DNA from: a virus
Taxonomy: Duplodnaviria > Caudoviricetes
Reading direction: 5' to 3' (one strand)
DNA: 50,562 bases
IMG/VR virus record: IMGVR_UViG_3300011444_000013
Coordinates: 1 to 50,562 of that record
Of the stretch, positions 38,659-47,690 are shown one piece after another. The translations under genes and the position numbers were made by a program. Below the pieces are notes generated by a model. It was not told the DNA's origin and made no database searches. It worked only from the letters and a program-made list of their open reading frames with translations. Position 1 is the stretch's first letter. Every line of letters starts with the position of its first letter.

Positions 38659-39026
38659 ACTCGGAATGGACAGCTGAACGCATCGCGTTCATGACGGAAA
38701 AATGGAGCGACGGATGGAGCGCAGCGCAAATTGGTGCTGATCTAGGCGTTACACGCAACGCGGTTATCGGCAAATTGAACCGGCTTAACGCACCAAAACG
38801 CTATACAACACCAAAAGTTATAAAGATTGTTGCCAAGACTGTTCCGGTCCCGGTAGTTAAACCGATTAGCGGTAACATCAACTTACTTGACTTGACAAAC
38901 GAGACTTGTCGCTGGCCCACATCGCACGGTTATTCTTGCGGTGTCCGCGAGGCTGATTTAAATTCCAATCGTCCGTACTGTTTTAAGCACGCGCGCATGG
39001 CTGTACGCACGGGAGTATCCTGGTGA
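38655..39026 (+). CDS. gcrA: GcrA cell-cycle regulator homolog
   Basis: WTAERI...W.DG.SA.QI...[14 protein letters not shown] and LLDL...CRWP...CG...PYC..H. Confidence 0.92.
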   Translation: MNSEWTAERIAFMTEKWSDGWSAAQIGADLGVTRNAVIGKLNRLNAPKRYTTPKVIKIVAKTVPVPVVKPISGNINLLDLTNETCRWPTSHGYSCGVREADLNSNRPYCFKHARMAVRTGVSW

Positions 39027-39247
39027 CTTTTTATCCCGTCACTGGCAACTACGGGGGAGGGCGCAAATGCCTCCCCCGTCCTTCTGACGATGAAGCAATT
39101 GGGCGTATGTGTGCTTGGCTCAAGAAAAACAGGATGGTAGGACAAACGACGCTAGCCGGTAAATTGACATTGACGTTGCGTGATGAAGCATATACAAAAA
39201 TGCTGCTAGATGCATGCGGAACGCAACAACTTCCGCATGGCCTGTGA
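39023..39247 (+). CDS. Small hypothetical protein
   Basis: GTGA overlap with gcrA. Confidence 0.5.
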   Translation: MTFYPVTGNYGGGRKCLPRPSDDEAIGRMCAWLKKNRMVGQTTLAGKLTLTLRDEAYTKMLLDACGTQQLPHGL

Positions 39248-39379
39248 AGATTTGTCCGTTTCAGTCACAGGGCTTTATATAGACGGGATACGACCATGCT
39301 GCACTGGGGTGTGGTAGGAGATAAGCGCTCAGCTTCACCGCAGGGACGTTAGCCAGTGCCAAATTCTTTAGGGTGCTAA

Positions 39380-39637
39380 ATGAACAGCAATGGAATAAAG
39401 GTTCCGGAGGAACTAAAGAAAGCCTTTGACGAATTGCACGACGGGCAGCTTGCGTTGCAGTATAAAGTTGATGCGTTTTCGCGTACCATCAACGCAGAAA
39501 GCCACGCACTAGCGGTATCGGCAAAGCACACTTGGGCGGAAGCCAAAGCGGTCATGAATTTAGAAGGCGATTGGAAATATGAGAACGGAATGGTGTACCC
39601 GCTTACGCTCCCGGACATGGTAACGCCAAATGTTTGA
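39380..39637 (+). CDS. Small hypothetical protein
   Basis: 85-aa helical ORF. Confidence 0.6.
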   Translation: MNSNGIKVPEELKKAFDELHDGQLALQYKVDAFSRTINAESHALAVSAKHTWAEAKAVMNLEGDWKYENGMVYPLTLPDMVTPNV

Positions 39638-40139
39638 CTGGTTCAGTTCAGCACAGTTGGACAGGATTGAACGCAAGCTGGACCTTGTTCTGAGAAAGGA
39701 AAATTACGAAATGGCCCAACAGGACGATATCAAGACCGCATTAGACGTGGTTCGCAAAGATGTAGCCGATCAGACAACGGTCATCGCTGGCATGTCGGTT
39801 TATGTGGCTGGCATCCAAAAGCAGCTTGTTGATTTGGCGAACGCGTCGAAGGATACCGAAACGGCTGGCGCTTTGATGGCGCTTGCTTCTCAAATCGAGA
39901 GCAACACCAAATCGGACGCTGACGCGATGGCGGCAAACTTGACCGGTGTCACTCCGGCGCAGGCAGGCACAGCTGATCCGGTCCCCGTGGTTGACCCAAA
40001 CCCGGCGCAGGCTGCTACAGCCAATTCGGCCACTGATGCGTTTGGCCGACAACTTGTGTACAACTCTACAGGCGGCCTCTGGAAAGACGGCGACGGTCTG
40101 AAGTATGATAGCAACGGAACGCTTATCCCCGCCCCCTAG
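39630..40139 (+). CDS. Coiled-coil protein with a possible second start at 39711
   Basis: LDRIERKLD heptads; AAGGA upstream of the internal ATG. Confidence 0.65.
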   Translation: MFDWFSSAQLDRIERKLDLVLRKENYEMAQQDDIKTALDVVRKDVADQTTVIAGMSVYVAGIQKQLVDLANASKDTETAGALMALASQIESNTKSDADAMAANLTGVTPAQAGTADPVPVVDPNPAQAATANSATDAFGRQLVYNSTGGLWKDGDGLKYDSNGTLIPAP

Positions 40140-40190
40140 CGTATAACTGGTTCCTGTGATAAGCCTCGCTGTCCAAAGCAGCGAGGTACC

Positions 40191-43100
40191 ATGGAAAACG
40201 AAGTAGACCTTTCATCCGCTAACCCTTTGGATTTAACGCCAAAAGGTGCGTTGGCGATTGAAAATCTGGACACAATTACCCCAATTAATCCGCAAAGACC
40301 GGTCCAGTTGGCCCAAAATGCTGGTCCCGGTTCGATTGGCGGCGGCATCCTTGGCACCAACCGGCTGAACATCCAACCAAATCCTGAAGTTAATCCGCTC
40401 GATAACGCGGAAGCAATCGCAACTCAACGGCGCAACAATCTGCAAAAAGCAGCGTCCAGCCCAATGGGACAATTTTTGTTCCCGGATGAAACGCGGCAGT
40501 GGGCAAAGGAAGCTGAAGACGAAAGCCTGAAAATAAATCAAATCAAGCAACAGCGTCAGCAACAGGTTGACGTACAGATGGCTGCGCGCAATCGCGGTCT
40601 GACGCGCACGCTAGGTCCAAACGCAACGCAGGAAACACTTACCGAGGAAAGCCTGCGCGAAATGAAGGAAGGTAATTACAACGCCTACAAGGGATTGGTT
40701 GGCGCGGGGCAGGGCGCGCGTGCTCAATTGTACATGCCTGAATTTGTGCAGTCGCTTGGTAAGCAAACCGAAGCCGGACAGAAAGCTGTTAACGAATTAA
40801 ACCAAGCAACTAATCAATCTGAGTATAATTCCATCCGAAATGGCATTTTGAAAAATGCTAAAGACAAGGGTCATGAATACTCGGCGGGCTCGCTTGGCCT
40901 AGATGAAAACAGTATTCCAAAATCCAAGTTGCAATGGGAAAAAGATCGCGGTGCTGCTACCGCCAAGTTGAACGACGCCAGCGCTATCGTTGAAGATTTC
41001 AAGCAAAAGCAAGCTGCGCTATCGCAAGCGGTACCGATCAGCGATGAAAAAGTAGCCAAGTCGGTTACCGATAACATTTCCGGGTTTAATGGACAGGCGT
41101 TTCCTAACACGCAAGCGGTCACGTTGCCGGGTGCTGGCGGTGCACAAGGTGCTTTGCTTAAGCAGCCCGGTTCAAAAGATCTGACAAATTACGGTAAAGA
41201 AAATGGTTGGAGTAATTTAAGTGACGCGGAAATTGCGGTAGCAGAAAAACAATTGAATAGTGAACAGTTCAAAGGCGTCCTAGGGAAAACTAAAACTTCC
41301 AAAGATTTCTTTTTGACCGCCATGGATGATGGCATGTATGCACGTTCAGCTGGCTTGGCCGCGCTCAATGACAAGTTTGGCGCAGTTGAACGTAACGTGG
41401 CGGAAGGTTCAAGAGGATCAGGCACTATCGGTCTGACTAAACAGCTTGAAAATCAGTATGGTGTGCCGGAGCATCTGGCGAATGCAGTTGTAAAAGCGCG
41501 CAGTGAAATAAAATCGTGGATTGAAGGCGGTCAAAAAGGACCAATGCCAAAACTTTCCGCGCAATCAATTGAAGGTATGAAATACGTTGCAACTGCAACT
41601 TATAAACAGGACTTGAAAGAACTGGATAGGTTAGCGTTACCGGCTTTCACGATAGGTTATGCAGGCGGCGGGATGGACAAGTTAGGTCTGGACAAAGAAA
41701 TCCAGAATGATCCTTATTTAAAAGAAGTTAACCAACGAGGTACAGAAAAATATAAGGAGTATGTTGATAAATTTCCGTTTCTTATAAATGGTGATCGTCG
41801 CATCCTGCTAAGACAGGACGCACAGGTACCGGGAATGATCCCGGCTGGTGCCTATGCCAAGACTTTGACGCCAACGGAACAACGTGGTAACGCTGCCACG
41901 GGGTCCACAACCCTGCCAGCCACCCCTGCCGCCAACGGGCCGCCTTCACCTGCTGGTGGTGGGGGTGGTACCCCGCCTGTTGTTCCAACTGCCATTTCAA
42001 AAAATCCGGTAGCGTTAACGGTTTATGGCGCGGCTGGCGAGGCAGCTGCAAATCTTGGTAGCACCACGGCAGCGGCGCGCAACGTCGCCACGGTTGTCAC
42101 CAGTGCAGCCAATAGTGAAAGCGCTTTCAATCCAAACGCAACGCATGACGGTGGTATTGGTTACGGTCTGTTTGGACATAATCAGGACCGCTTGAAAGCA
42201 ATGCAGACGTTTGCCGGTACAAAACCGGGCGAGCCGATCAAGCCGGAAACGCAAGCGGCTTTTTTCGCCAAGGAACTGTCGCAAGCTGCCAACAAAGACC
42301 AATTCATCAAAGATACCGTAAACAACCCAAATGCTGGCGCGGTTGACTTGACCAAGGTGCAAATCCGTTTGGAAAAACCGGCAGGCTACACTGGCCCCGG
42401 CAGCGAAGAAAAAGTTGCTAGCTGGCAAAGCAGGCTGAACAACACGCGCGCACTGATGCAAGGTGGCACTGCGCAGCCAACTGCGGAACAGATTGCTGCA
42501 TACAACGCCAACAAGGAAAGTTTTGCCGCGCAACGGGCGAAGATGGCTGCCAGTGCTACCACGAACGCAGCGAACATTGCTCCTACACTCGGCGCGGTCG
42601 CAGGCATGCCGCTTGGTCCTGCCGGTTCAATTGCGGGTGGCGCAGCTGGTGGCGCAGTACGACAGTATTTCAATGGTGGTGCTGGCTACACCGATCAAAT
42701 GGTTCGTGGTGCGGCGCAAGCGATCCCGGCAGCAATCCCCGGAGTTGGCCCACTCGCAATTGCTGCCCGTGTCGTGGCTGGTGGCGCGGTGCCTGCGGCT
42801 GAAAAACTTTACGATACCGGCGGTCAAGATGTAGCTGGCGCAATTGAGAGCGGTGCGGCTGGTGCGGCTGGCAGTGTAGCTGGCGAGGCTCTTGGGGCTG
42901 GTGCTGGCATACTCGGTCACTCCATCTGGAACCGTCTTAGTAAAGCGGGGCAGACTGAAATGCTGGCGGCTGCAAAAACAGTTGCTACCGCTGAACCAAA
43001 AATAGCGGATGCTGCTGGTAAGATGGTTGATAATCCCGCTTACATAAAAGCGGTAGACGCGCTCAAGAGTATTGGTAAGAGCCCGGAACAGGCTGCGCAC

Positions 43101-44012
43101 GATTATCGTTCATGGGAAGCTGGACAGACTGAACGTCAAGCGATTGGACAGCGCCCGGCTGAAGTTGCCAAAGCCAATGCGGTCAAGGAAATGAACGCAG
43201 TTCGCGATGAAGCGACTGCTACAAACAATACGTTTGTTAATGATTTGGCGAAAGGAAACAAGCCACCACTCACAGAAGGACCGCTATCGAAGATCAGGAC
43301 CGAAGAAAATCTTGCCGGAAAAGTTCCTGAAGAATTTAAAGGCGATGCGGTGCACGCGGAAAGATTGATGCGAGCGCACGCGGAAAATTGGAATGAAAAA
43401 TGGCAACAAACAGGGGTTGCGCGTACTGAATTGCTGGAAAAAGAGCGGATAGCGTTGCGCGATGGCAAGACAGACGAAGCCAAGGCAATGCGTACCCTTG
43501 CTGACAGCGTTCGGGGTTACCAAGAAAAGATTGCGGTTGCCATACAAGGCGCAGAAAAAGCCAAGCCGTTGATGGCGCGGCTCGCTAAAGCTGACGACGC
43601 CTACCGGAAAGCAATGACCGCGAGCGGTGACGGCGATGTTGTAAAAGCAATAGCAGCTGGTGGCAACAAGGGAACCGAAGTGCGGCGCGCATATGACGAT
43701 GTTGTCGGCAATGACGTTCAAGCAAAACGTTTGGTTGACAAACTGGTTGCTATCGAAAAAGCGTCAGCGGGCGGTCCATTAACGAGAACAATGGTTGCGA
43801 TTGGCGCAGCATTGCATGGCATGCCGCAGGTAACTGCCATGATTGGCTACAACGAATTACGCAAGTTGGTGGATAAGCATATGACGCTAAAAGCGGCTGG
43901 CGGTACTGTAAAACTGGAAACTTTGCTGCGTAAAGAGATATCATCGAAAGGATACGCACGTCGCGCCGGTAGCGTTATTGGTAGCAGCATAGGAGGACAA
44001 GCAGCGCAGTGA
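40191..44012 (+). CDS. Large DNA ejection protein with a phage-tail-lysozyme-like domain
   Basis: 1273 aa; ESAFNPNA..DGG.GYGLF...R...Q..F...EL lysozyme motif and a Gly/Ala-rich hydrophobic segment; GAGG RBS. Confidence 0.8.
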   Translation: MENEVDLSSANPLDLTPKGALAIENLDTITPINPQRPVQLAQNAGPGSIGGGILGTNRLNIQPNPEVNPLDNAEAIATQRRNNLQKAASSPMGQFLFPDETRQWAKEAEDESLKINQIKQQRQQQVDVQMAARNRGLTRTLGPNATQETLTEESLREMKEGNYNAYKGLVGAGQGARAQLYMPEFVQSLGKQTEAGQKAVNELNQATNQSEYNSIRNGILKNAKDKGHEYSAGSLGLDENSIPKSKLQWEKDRGAATAKLNDASAIVEDFKQKQAALSQAVPISDEKVAKSVTDNISGFNGQAFPNTQAVTLPGAGGAQGALLKQPGSKDLTNYGKENGWSNLSDAEIAVAEKQLNSEQFKGVLGKTKTSKDFFLTAMDDGMYARSAGLAALNDKFGAVERNVAEGSRGSGTIGLTKQLENQYGVPEHLANAVVKARSEIKSWIEGGQKGPMPKLSAQSIEGMKYVATATYKQDLKELDRLALPAFTIGYAGGGMDKLGLDKEIQNDPYLKEVNQRGTEKYKEYVDKFPFLINGDRRILLRQDAQVPGMIPAGAYAKTLTPTEQRGNAATGSTTLPATPAANGPPSPAGGGGGTPPVVPTAISKNPVALTVYGAAGEAAANLGSTTAAARNVATVVTSAANSESAFNPNATHDGGIGYGLFGHNQDRLKAMQTFAGTKPGEPIKPETQAAFFAKELSQAANKDQFIKDTVNNPNAGAVDLTKVQIRLEKPAGYTGPGSEEKVASWQSRLNNTRALMQGGTAQPTAEQIAAYNANKESFAAQRAKMAASATTNAANIAPTLGAVAGMPLGPAGSIAGGAAGGAVRQYFNGGAGYTDQMVRGAAQAIPAAIPGVGPLAIAARVVAGGAVPAAEKLYDTGGQDVAGAIESGAAGAAGSVAGEALGAGAGILGHSIWNRLSKAGQTEMLAAAKTVATAEPKIADAAGKMVDNPAYIKAVDALKSIGKSPEQAAHDYRSWEAGQTERQAIGQRPAEVAKANAVKEMNAVRDEATATNNTFVNDLAKGNKPPLTEGPLSKIRTEENLAGKVPEEFKGDAVHAERLMRAHAENWNEKWQQTGVARTELLEKERIALRDGKTDEAKAMRTLADSVRGYQEKIAVAIQGAEKAKPLMARLAKADDAYRKAMTASGDGDVVKAIAAGGNKGTEVRRAYDDVVGNDVQAKRLVDKLVAIEKASAGGPLTRTMVAIGAALHGMPQVTAMIGYNELRKLVDKHMTLKAAGGTVKLETLLRKEISSKGYARRAGSVIGSSIGGQAAQ

Positions 44013-44332
44013 ACTTTGCCTTCTCCAACCCGTTTGCAACAGACAAAACCCCGGAACAACTGTTTTTGGAAACGGTATCGCTTGGGCATACGGACAAGGC
44101 TGCGGCTGGCGTTGCTGGTTGGACTGAAGACGAAGCAAAAACCTATGTCAAGTTGAATACGAGAGAATACAATATCGCCGACAACAAACGCCAGCATGCC
44201 TACGAACAACAGTTGATTGCAACCGGGCGCGGTGCCGATATTGCACGCGTAGCGCTAAAGAATGAAACTCGGTCATGGGTACAACGCGCTGAACCTGTGC
44301 CACAACAGAGCATTGAGGATTTTGTTGGTTAG
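44009..44332 (+). CDS. Candidate terminase small subunit
   Basis: HTH-like FLETVSLGHTDKAAAGVAGWT, then a helix and ALK...W; inferred from pattern only. Confidence 0.4.
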   Translation: MNFAFSNPFATDKTPEQLFLETVSLGHTDKAAAGVAGWTEDEAKTYVKLNTREYNIADNKRQHAYEQQLIATGRGADIARVALKNETRSWVQRAEPVPQQSIEDFVG

Positions 44333-45063
44333 CCGCGTGCTACTTCAATCGCACGGGCCTTGTATTCGTTGACAAGCTTTTGAAGGGTTTCAATACGCTC
44401 TTGCTGTTGTTGGGCAACATCGACGTGCTGCGGCAGCGGGGAATGCTTTGGCTTCGCGGCTTGCTTCGCGCGAATTTTGTCGATCTTCGTCCAGACGCGG
44501 GCCAGTTCGGTTTCGCCCGCTTCCATCATGTCCATGTCATGGCAGTTTGCGAGGGCTGTAAGCGTCACCAGTGAGCCGCCGAGTTCCTGCTTGGGCTCGC
44601 CCGCTGGCCGATCAAAGACGTAATCCACAAGCTGGTGAGCCTCGCTGCGGGTGCAGTCGAGCGACTGGACAAGCTCTAGGGCTTCTTCAAGAAAGCGATG
44701 ATTGCGCTCAATGCCGTCGCGGCAAACTTCCATTGAGAAGCAGGCCATCAGCCATTCGACAACTCGTTTTTGGAACGGGAGTCCGGCGGTGCCACTTGCG
44801 GCGTCGAAATTGCCGCAATCGCACTTTGGACAGATCGTTGGGCCACCGCACGATAGCTCGTAGTTAGTATCGCCGCAGACGACGCAGGGGCCATACCCGG
44901 TGTCACTGGAAGATTGAAGGTCCGGCATCACATCACCTTTGCTTTCGTCGCATACGAGGCTGGCAATCTCGGCGGCGGGCGGGAGGGGTTTCATTGCCAA
45001 ACTCCGCTCATGCCGTGAGCAACGCCGATAATGTAAACTGCGGCCATGATTAACAATATCCAT
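44329..45063 (-). CDS. Zn-finger + MazG-like NTP pyrophosphohydrolase domain protein (start more likely 44994 or 44928)
   Basis: CxxC...CxxCxC followed by FQ.RV..W...CF...ERNHRFLEEALELVQ...GEPKQELGG. Confidence 0.65.
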   Translation of the reverse strand: MDIVNHGRSLHYRRCSRHERSLAMKPLPPAAEIASLVCDESKGDVMPDLQSSSDTGYGPCVVCGDTNYELSCGGPTICPKCDCGNFDAASGTAGLPFQKRVVEWLMACFSMEVCRDGIERNHRFLEEALELVQSLDCTRSEAHQLVDYVFDRPAGEPKQELGGSLVTLTALANCHDMDMMEAGETELARVWTKIDKIRAKQAAKPKHSPLPQHVDVAQQQQERIETLQKLVNEYKARAIEVARG

Positions 45064-45204
45064 CGAGTCGCCATCAAAACCACCTCTGCCAGTTGCCGAG
45101 ATCGCCGTAATAGATCGACCACCACAGCACGACAGCGCCGATGACTGCGCAGTAGCTGACCGCCACGACGCCGACAGTCTGGAATATCAGGATCAAGGCT
45201 CGGG

Positions 45205-45456
45205 TCATGGCTTCCGCGCCTCTCTCACCTCAAGAAGCGTTTCAACAGCATTCCGCAGTTCGGCCTTGGCCTTCGCACTGAGCTTGTTCACTTCGATCCC
45301 TTCGTGGAAAAGGCCGCATGTGATTGTCTTGATCTGCCTCTTGGTCATCTCCGCGGGCCTTTCGAAAGTGCAGTCATTAGCCAGCATGCCAATAATATGC
45401 AGATTGGCCCTGCGATTAGTCCGGCAATAATAACCCCGCTCATTTTGCCTCACCAA
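45205..45456 (-). CDS. Small hypothetical protein
   Basis: ORF in the leftward cluster; start uncertain. Confidence 0.4.
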   Translation of the reverse strand: MVRQNERGYYCRTNRRANLHIIGMLANDCTFERPAEMTKRQIKTITCGLFHEGIEVNKLSAKAKAELRNAVETLLEVREARKP

Positions 45457-45622
45457 ATGCGAAGGCGACTAGTACGGTTCGCGAGAGCGGCGTCAATCGC
45501 GGCCGCAAGACTGCCGTCAACGTGCCGTCGGACTGTCCGCAGCACCGCCGTTAGCTCATCCACCCGTGTGCGGAGGGATGCAATCTCGCGGTTTAGTTTA
45601 TCAATGTAGAATTGATTATCAG

Positions 45623-45865
45623 TCACTTAAACATCCAACCTACTGTCGGGTTGACTTGTCGTTTCTTTGGCATAAATTCCAGTTCCAAAACTTTGTAACG
45701 ATCAGGTTTCTTTTCCGGTATCTCCCGGTAAAAGTCCCAAAGCAGCAATCCAACTGCCATCAATGCCAAAATAAACAAACCTTGCACAAAACCACGGGCT
45801 GCGCCTTCACCAAATGCAAAAGCAACCAGTACGGTTACAATCGTCAGCCCGATTAGAAAGTGCAT
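45623..45865 (-). CDS. Small two-TM membrane protein, paralog of 35722-35862
   Basis: MHFLIGL...LVAFAFGEGAAR. Confidence 0.7.
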   Translation of the reverse strand: MHFLIGLTIVTVLVAFAFGEGAARGFVQGLFILALMAVGLLLWDFYREIPEKKPDRYKVLELEFMPKKRQVNPTVGWMFK

Positions 45866-45873
45866 GGTACCCT

Positions 45874-46204
45874 TCAATCGTCTTTGACAAGTTCAAAATA
45901 TTCAGCAGCGTAAGATTGCAATATTTCTATAATGCGAGTGTTAGTTAGTTTACCCCCGTCAAGAGCATCAGAAACTAAGCTATCAAGAGCATTTTCAAAT
46001 TCATATTCATTCATTTTAATCCACCACTAGCAAACATTTCATGGCTGGTGCGTGCGCTACGCGACCGGAAGATAATGGTATCCCGGTTCGCTCGCTGATT
46101 TCCGCTATCCAATATTCCGGGTTTGAATGAAAACGGTCATTTTCTTCGTCAGTCAGCGCGATGCGTTTTGCGTTGTTTAAGCGACCATGAAGTTCTTCTT
46201 TCAT
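45874..46204 (-). CDS. Two small leftward ORFs (45874-46014, 46016-46204)
   Basis: Contiguous short ORFs. Confidence 0.5.
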
Positions 46205-46374
46205 AGGGCGTCCAATTCAGGTTCGTTTGAGCGCTGCGATGGTCATCGTGTTCGACGCGAGATTGCAAAGCCCCTATGTATACCGCGAAAAGTTCCGCGA
46301 TTAGGTGTATACAGGTAGACCGTGCCATAGTCAAGCCGTTGGTTCACTCAAACCCCCAAAAAGGGATACCGATT

Positions 46375-47106
46375 ATGGTCAACATCGTAAACGCTGGCAC
46401 CCTCGGGGGTGGCTTCCGCCACTACAGCGGTCTTGTTCCTGTCCAGATGGGAAGCGGTAACGCTGCGGCGCAGGCTTCCGTCAAAATCTTTCACAGCCCG
46501 GCTGCGAATGCCGTTGCTATCTTCCGAGGCGATATCGTCGTCATGGCAAGCGCAGCCATCGGCACGCAAGGCGCGGCTGATCTTCCCGGCAACATTTCTG
46601 CACCATCCGCTTCGGTAGTTATCGGTAACGGTGGCGGTTCCGGACTTGGCAACCAGTCCATGGCGCCAAACATCATGCGTTGGACGCCGGGCGATACCAC
46701 TTCGGTCATTGCTGGCGTGGTTGTTGGTTTTGGTCCGATCACGTTGTATATGGCGAAGAATGGTTTCCAGTACATTCCAGCTTCTATCGAAGCATGGGTT
46801 AGCGTTGAAACCGATCCGCGCGTTGAATGCTACATCACGGTTCCAACCGTGCCGTCCCCTGCATTCAATCTGCAACTGAACAGCGGCGCAGACGTGCAGG
46901 CGAACGCCGGGCAGCAATCCGCGCTGTACGGTACATCAGGCGTTTCGCTAAATCCTTCCCTCGCTTTAACTTCAACGCTGCCACTTCGCGTTTTGAACAG
47001 CGGCGAAGAAATTGGCAACGATCCAACAGCAATTGGATTTGTCGCCAAGGTGAACTTCAACCTTACGCGCCACTTCCAAGGCACGGCTGCCTTCGTCGCC
47101 ACTTAA
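46375..47106 (+). CDS. Capsid decoration/minor capsid protein
   Basis: GFR...AIFRGDIV...IAGVVVGF...YIPAS...V.TDP...TGxS-like...LPLRVL...VNFN..H; AAGGGA RBS at ATG 46375. Confidence 0.7.
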   Translation: MVNIVNAGTLGGGFRHYSGLVPVQMGSGNAAAQASVKIFHSPAANAVAIFRGDIVVMASAAIGTQGAADLPGNISAPSASVVIGNGGGSGLGNQSMAPNIMRWTPGDTTSVIAGVVVGFGPITLYMAKNGFQYIPASIEAWVSVETDPRVECYITVPTVPSPAFNLQLNSGADVQANAGQQSALYGTSGVSLNPSLALTSTLPLRVLNSGEEIGNDPTAIGFVAKVNFNLTRHFQGTAAFVAT

Positions 47107-47129
47107 TCGTCAGCAACTTAAAAGGAACT

Positions 47130-47684
47130 ATGAACATGTTTAAGAAAATTCTTTTGGTCGCGTTGCTGGCGATGCTGCCGGGGCTTGTTTTGGCGCAGAC
47201 GGCGGTCAAGCAACCGTATGTTGTCAACAACCAAGCATGGACAGACATTGGCAACGGTCCGATTGAGGTGTTGCCTGTCGAGGGCAACGGTAACCTTTAC
47301 ACGCGAGGTTCGACCGGTGTTGGTAGCACGTCTGGTTCGTCTACCGCGTTGACGCTAACTGCAACGCCAACTTTCCCGCCGTGTGTCGGTTGCGTTATTT
47401 CTGGTACCGGCATCACGGCGGGCACCACGGTAACCGCCACCAGCACCACCAGCGTTACACTATCGGCGGCAATGACTGTTGCGTCGTCAACTGCGCTTGC
47501 TTGGGGTGTGGCGTGCCCAACAACCGGCGCACCTCCGACTAACGCAGCAACCAGCGTACCACTAAATATGCGTTCGTCTGCATCGCCCACCCGGTTCCCG
47601 ATTTATTCGTCGGCGCGTATCTGCGCTTACGGTGGTCAGCAAGGTGGCGCAACCATGTTGGCATTCCCGATTGGTTCTTGGTAA
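47130..47684 (+). CDS. Exported Thr/Ser-rich protein with signal peptide
   Basis: MFKKILLVALLAMLPGLVLA|Q; ISGTGI.AGTTVTA...VTLS beta module; 4 Cys. Confidence 0.8.
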   Translation: MNMFKKILLVALLAMLPGLVLAQTAVKQPYVVNNQAWTDIGNGPIEVLPVEGNGNLYTRGSTGVGSTSGSSTALTLTATPTFPPCVGCVISGTGITAGTTVTATSTTSVTLSAAMTVASSTALAWGVACPTTGAPPTNAATSVPLNMRSSASPTRFPIYSSARICAYGGQQGGATMLAFPIGSW

Positions 47685-47690
47685 CGGGAA

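Noticed and set aside
39301-39361. tRNA (7-bp stem followed by a CCA-like end)
   Set aside because: Too short, with no TTC T-loop or D-arm; kept only as a hairpin.
46827-47129. N-terminal extension of the 285-aa track ORF
   Set aside because: It overlaps the decoration gene; the AAGGA RBS and signal peptide indicate a start at 47130/47136. The same reasoning trims track starts 782, 4935, 7250, 15569 and 46276.
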